Shown in pieces: positions 61,307-64,000 of a stretch of 64,000 nucleotides of DNA. A model generated the notes under the pieces. It did not search any database. It saw nothing but the letters and a program-made list of their open reading frames with translations, and was not told the DNA's origin. This DNA is from Botryllus schlosseri. Lineage: Eukaryota. The DNA is taken from positions 10,106,001-10,170,000 of the forward strand of contig CM119371.1 of NCBI GenBank assembly GCA_051294905.1. Direction: 5' to 3'. Made by a program: the position numbers and the translations under genes. Within the stretch, counting starts at the first letter, position 1; every line of letters begins with the position of its first letter.

Positions 61307-63350
61307 CACTGTAAAAAATAAAAACCTCGATTTACCGCGAAATGTTTGGAAGCACGGTAGCCAGACATTTCGTGGTAATCTAACATTACCGTTAGTCAAT
61401 GTAAATTTAACTTACACTCGTCCGGTAATCTCACTTTACACGCCAGACTGTAATGTTACAGTCACCTCCGGTATATCTAATCTACATGTTCTCCTGTACA
61501 TTTGCGATCGAGACTGTCATTTTACCGCCTACCTACTTACATGCTGTCCCTGTAAATCAGGATTACATATCAGCTTGTAAATTCACGTACATCATACATA
61601 TCGCAAAGCAACCCGATGCAAAAATATCGCAACATTTTCTTCACATTTCCAAAACGACATTGGAACAAACTGTATATTCATTCATGATATCACGATGAAG
61701 TGGTTATCGTTGAAACAATATTGCTGCTAGAGGTCTAATTCTTCTTTAGGAGACATGCAGTAACACGAGTGGTCTCGAGAAAACGGGAATTAATTCCACC
61801 ACCGGCCAAATTTCCAATTGTTTCTTTTTCTCGTTCTCATTCCTTCTGTGTAAGTAGTATCTTGCAGTTCCACTAAAAAGAATTCATGCGTAAGTCGTAT
61901 ATAAAGCAAAGTTCCTAACCTGGACAGTGGACATGACATTATAAAGACTAAGACAAATAGGCTAACAAAACTATAACATGTTTTGAAGTACCGGTATTGG
62001 CACATTGTGTGATGACGGCTCCGCCTTTTACATGACATAGCAGAGATTCATGACTTTATCTCTGTATTGAAGCAAAAGGTTCCTAATTTAAGGTGGCATG
62101 TGTGGCAAACAAATCCAGCAGCGGATGAAAACATATCTATGCTATGGCCCGAAAATGACATTACCAAGCCAACAGTTTCAACCCCTCCGCAGCGGAGTAT
62201 GTGGTCACTATATAAGTCGACAAATATCCCAAAATAGAACAGAGAATGCGGCGAATGAAATATATCAATCATGAAATCTAAGTCATCGAGGGCTGGTGTG
62301 CAGAGTCAGATATTCACGGTAACGAATACTATGTAGTACTGTATTACCTTTTAAGATGCGTATTCCATTCAGCATTCCTAGGAATTTTTAACGACCGTGT
62401 CCACTTTCTTCAAGCACAACAAGCTTCGCTCCACCCTTTGCTCAAATCTCACTAATGGCCACTGGCCAGACGACACTCGAACGATTTCGAAATAAATGGT
62501 ATTCATCCGCTGACACATGACACCAATAATATTTACTGGCCACGTTATAATGTTTGATCTGGGTCGTTTTTTCCATACAGAAACATTTATCATTGCATGT
62601 AGTCCCTTTTTTCATCTAATTTCGTATAAATTGATATATATTCCATGTGTTGTTCACTACTTACTGTACTTACCTAACCAGACGCTGGTTGTGATGTCAC
62701 AGTTGTGCGTTGGTTGTTTACTACGAATCTCAGAAAAAGCAGTCACCTGTAACCTATTACAGGTCGCCTTGTCCGCCATTAACAAGTGGTCAGCTGAGTA
62801 TGCGGTGCTGATATTTCTAGTTTCCCCGAGCAATATTACACATCCTGAACTAATTTTCTAACTTATCAGCCTTATCCGTGACAACGAATGTAACCAGCGA
62901 GACTGACCGTACAGCCATTGCCTTATAATATAATATGGCTACGGTGTACCACATTAGCTACGATTGTCAGTTATTTCTTGTACCCTACTAAGCTTAATTG
63001 ATACTAGGGCCAACAATTTCGGTATGACAGACCCCAGTCTCGCAAACGAGGTTCAATCAGGTCAAATCACCTCTAGAATGATATATCAGTAACATTCAGT
63101 TCTACGTATACATTGGCTGCAGCGATTTTGAAGCTAATCAATTTTGCCAATAGCCCGGTAAACTGCAGTAACGAGTAACTGTCAGTAATTTTGCGAAGAA
63201 ATTCTGGTAACTTACTTTACAGCTATATTAAGGTAATGTTACATATCAAAATGTAAAATGACAACCTACGCACAGTAATTGGCTGCGGCCGGTAATTCTT
63301 GGTAAAATTTACAGAGATTTCCCAGTAAATCTACCAGATTTGTTACAGTG
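61307..63350. mobile_element. 2044-bp non-autonomous CACTG-terminated EnSpm/CACTA-like element
   Basis: TIRs CACTGTAA(A/C)AAAT. 2-bp TSD TG, proven by the empty site at 5387-5388. Dense TTAC/GTAA subterminal repeats at both ends. Confidence 0.93.
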
Positions 63351-63564
63351 TGGAGACCGGAAACAGTATCAACAAGTTCTTTGGACTCTGGCTGCATGAC
63401 GGACGTAGAAACTCTTAGTAATTGATGCGCGTGAACGTCGGTTAAATTTGAACGCAGCTTTGTCTCTAAGCAATGTTGATGGTCGAAAATGTGTGCTCGC
63501 AAATGTATATAGACCCGTGGATCACATTATCATAAACGACCGGGAACTATCTGCGGGTCATAGG

Positions 63565-63757
63565 CAATGTTCCCTCTAATTTTTGACGGGTCTGCGCACG
63601 CTCACCAACTCACTGCGCAGAGCCTTGGAAAACAGTGCGTAACGACCAAAAAAAGGTCATCATTTCGGATTTTTTGTGCGCAACTTAGATTTTCTGTGCG
63701 CAGAGACCGTGAAAGCACTGCGCATTTGCGCACGTGCGCAGCTTAGAGGGAACATTG
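63565..63757. mobile_element. 193-bp hAT MITE
   Basis: TIRs CAATGTTCCCTCTAA...TTAGAGGGAACATTG. TSD GTCATAGG, with the empty site at 5593-5600. Confidence 0.96.
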
Positions 63758-64000
63758 GTCATAGGTTGCCCGCCCTGGTCTAATATAATAGATTTTCCGA
63801 TATTAGCGCAAATTCCCTACCTTCAAGTCATTTAGTGAAATGTACCAGACTAACCTAATCCCACAAGTTCGATAACAAGTTACATAATGGCAATACAAAG
63901 TGGCGGTTAATAGCATATTTAAAATCATATTTCCTTGTACCCCATATTGCATGCGTTGGGTTCTTTGACTATACAATACGTTGATTAATCAGAGAAAAGC

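Larger units (their letters stand above)
55606..64000 (+). repeat. Segmental duplication, copy B (of 1-5835) with three extra blocks
   Basis: Colinear with copy A. The about 2.56-kb length excess is accounted for by 60479-60783, 61307-63350 and 63565-63757. Confidence 0.97.

Overview
Eukaryotic (animal) genomic DNA, AT-rich with short GT-AG introns. An invertebrate chordate such as a tunicate is my best guess, and this is inference only. There are no prokaryotic features, rRNA, true tRNA or CRISPR. Intact coding: two intronless class I SAM-dependent methyltransferase paralogues (10947-11804 and 54340-55263, about 82% aa identity by manual count) and a C2H2 zinc-finger array exon (37093-38214, minus strand, 12 intact fingers plus a decayed tail). 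The methyltransferases sit among several intronless, decayed SLC49/FLVCR-like MFS transporter pseudogenes, forming a co-duplicated block. Positions 1-5835 recur at 55606-64000, either as a tandem segmental duplication or as an uncollapsed haplotype, and this gives filled/empty transposon sites. The middle of the window is dense in transposons. It includes a four-level nest (Tol2-like hAT > 7.3-kb CACTG/EnSpm-like element carrying a spliced SAMD3-like pseudogene > hAT > piggyBac-like), a 2-kb foldback element with about 630-bp arms and a 7-bp TSD (Galileo/P-like), a Chapaev3 transposase relic, a CR1/L2-group LINE, a tRNA-derived SINE and many hAT MITEs. Family assignments come from motif recognition by eye, not database searches.
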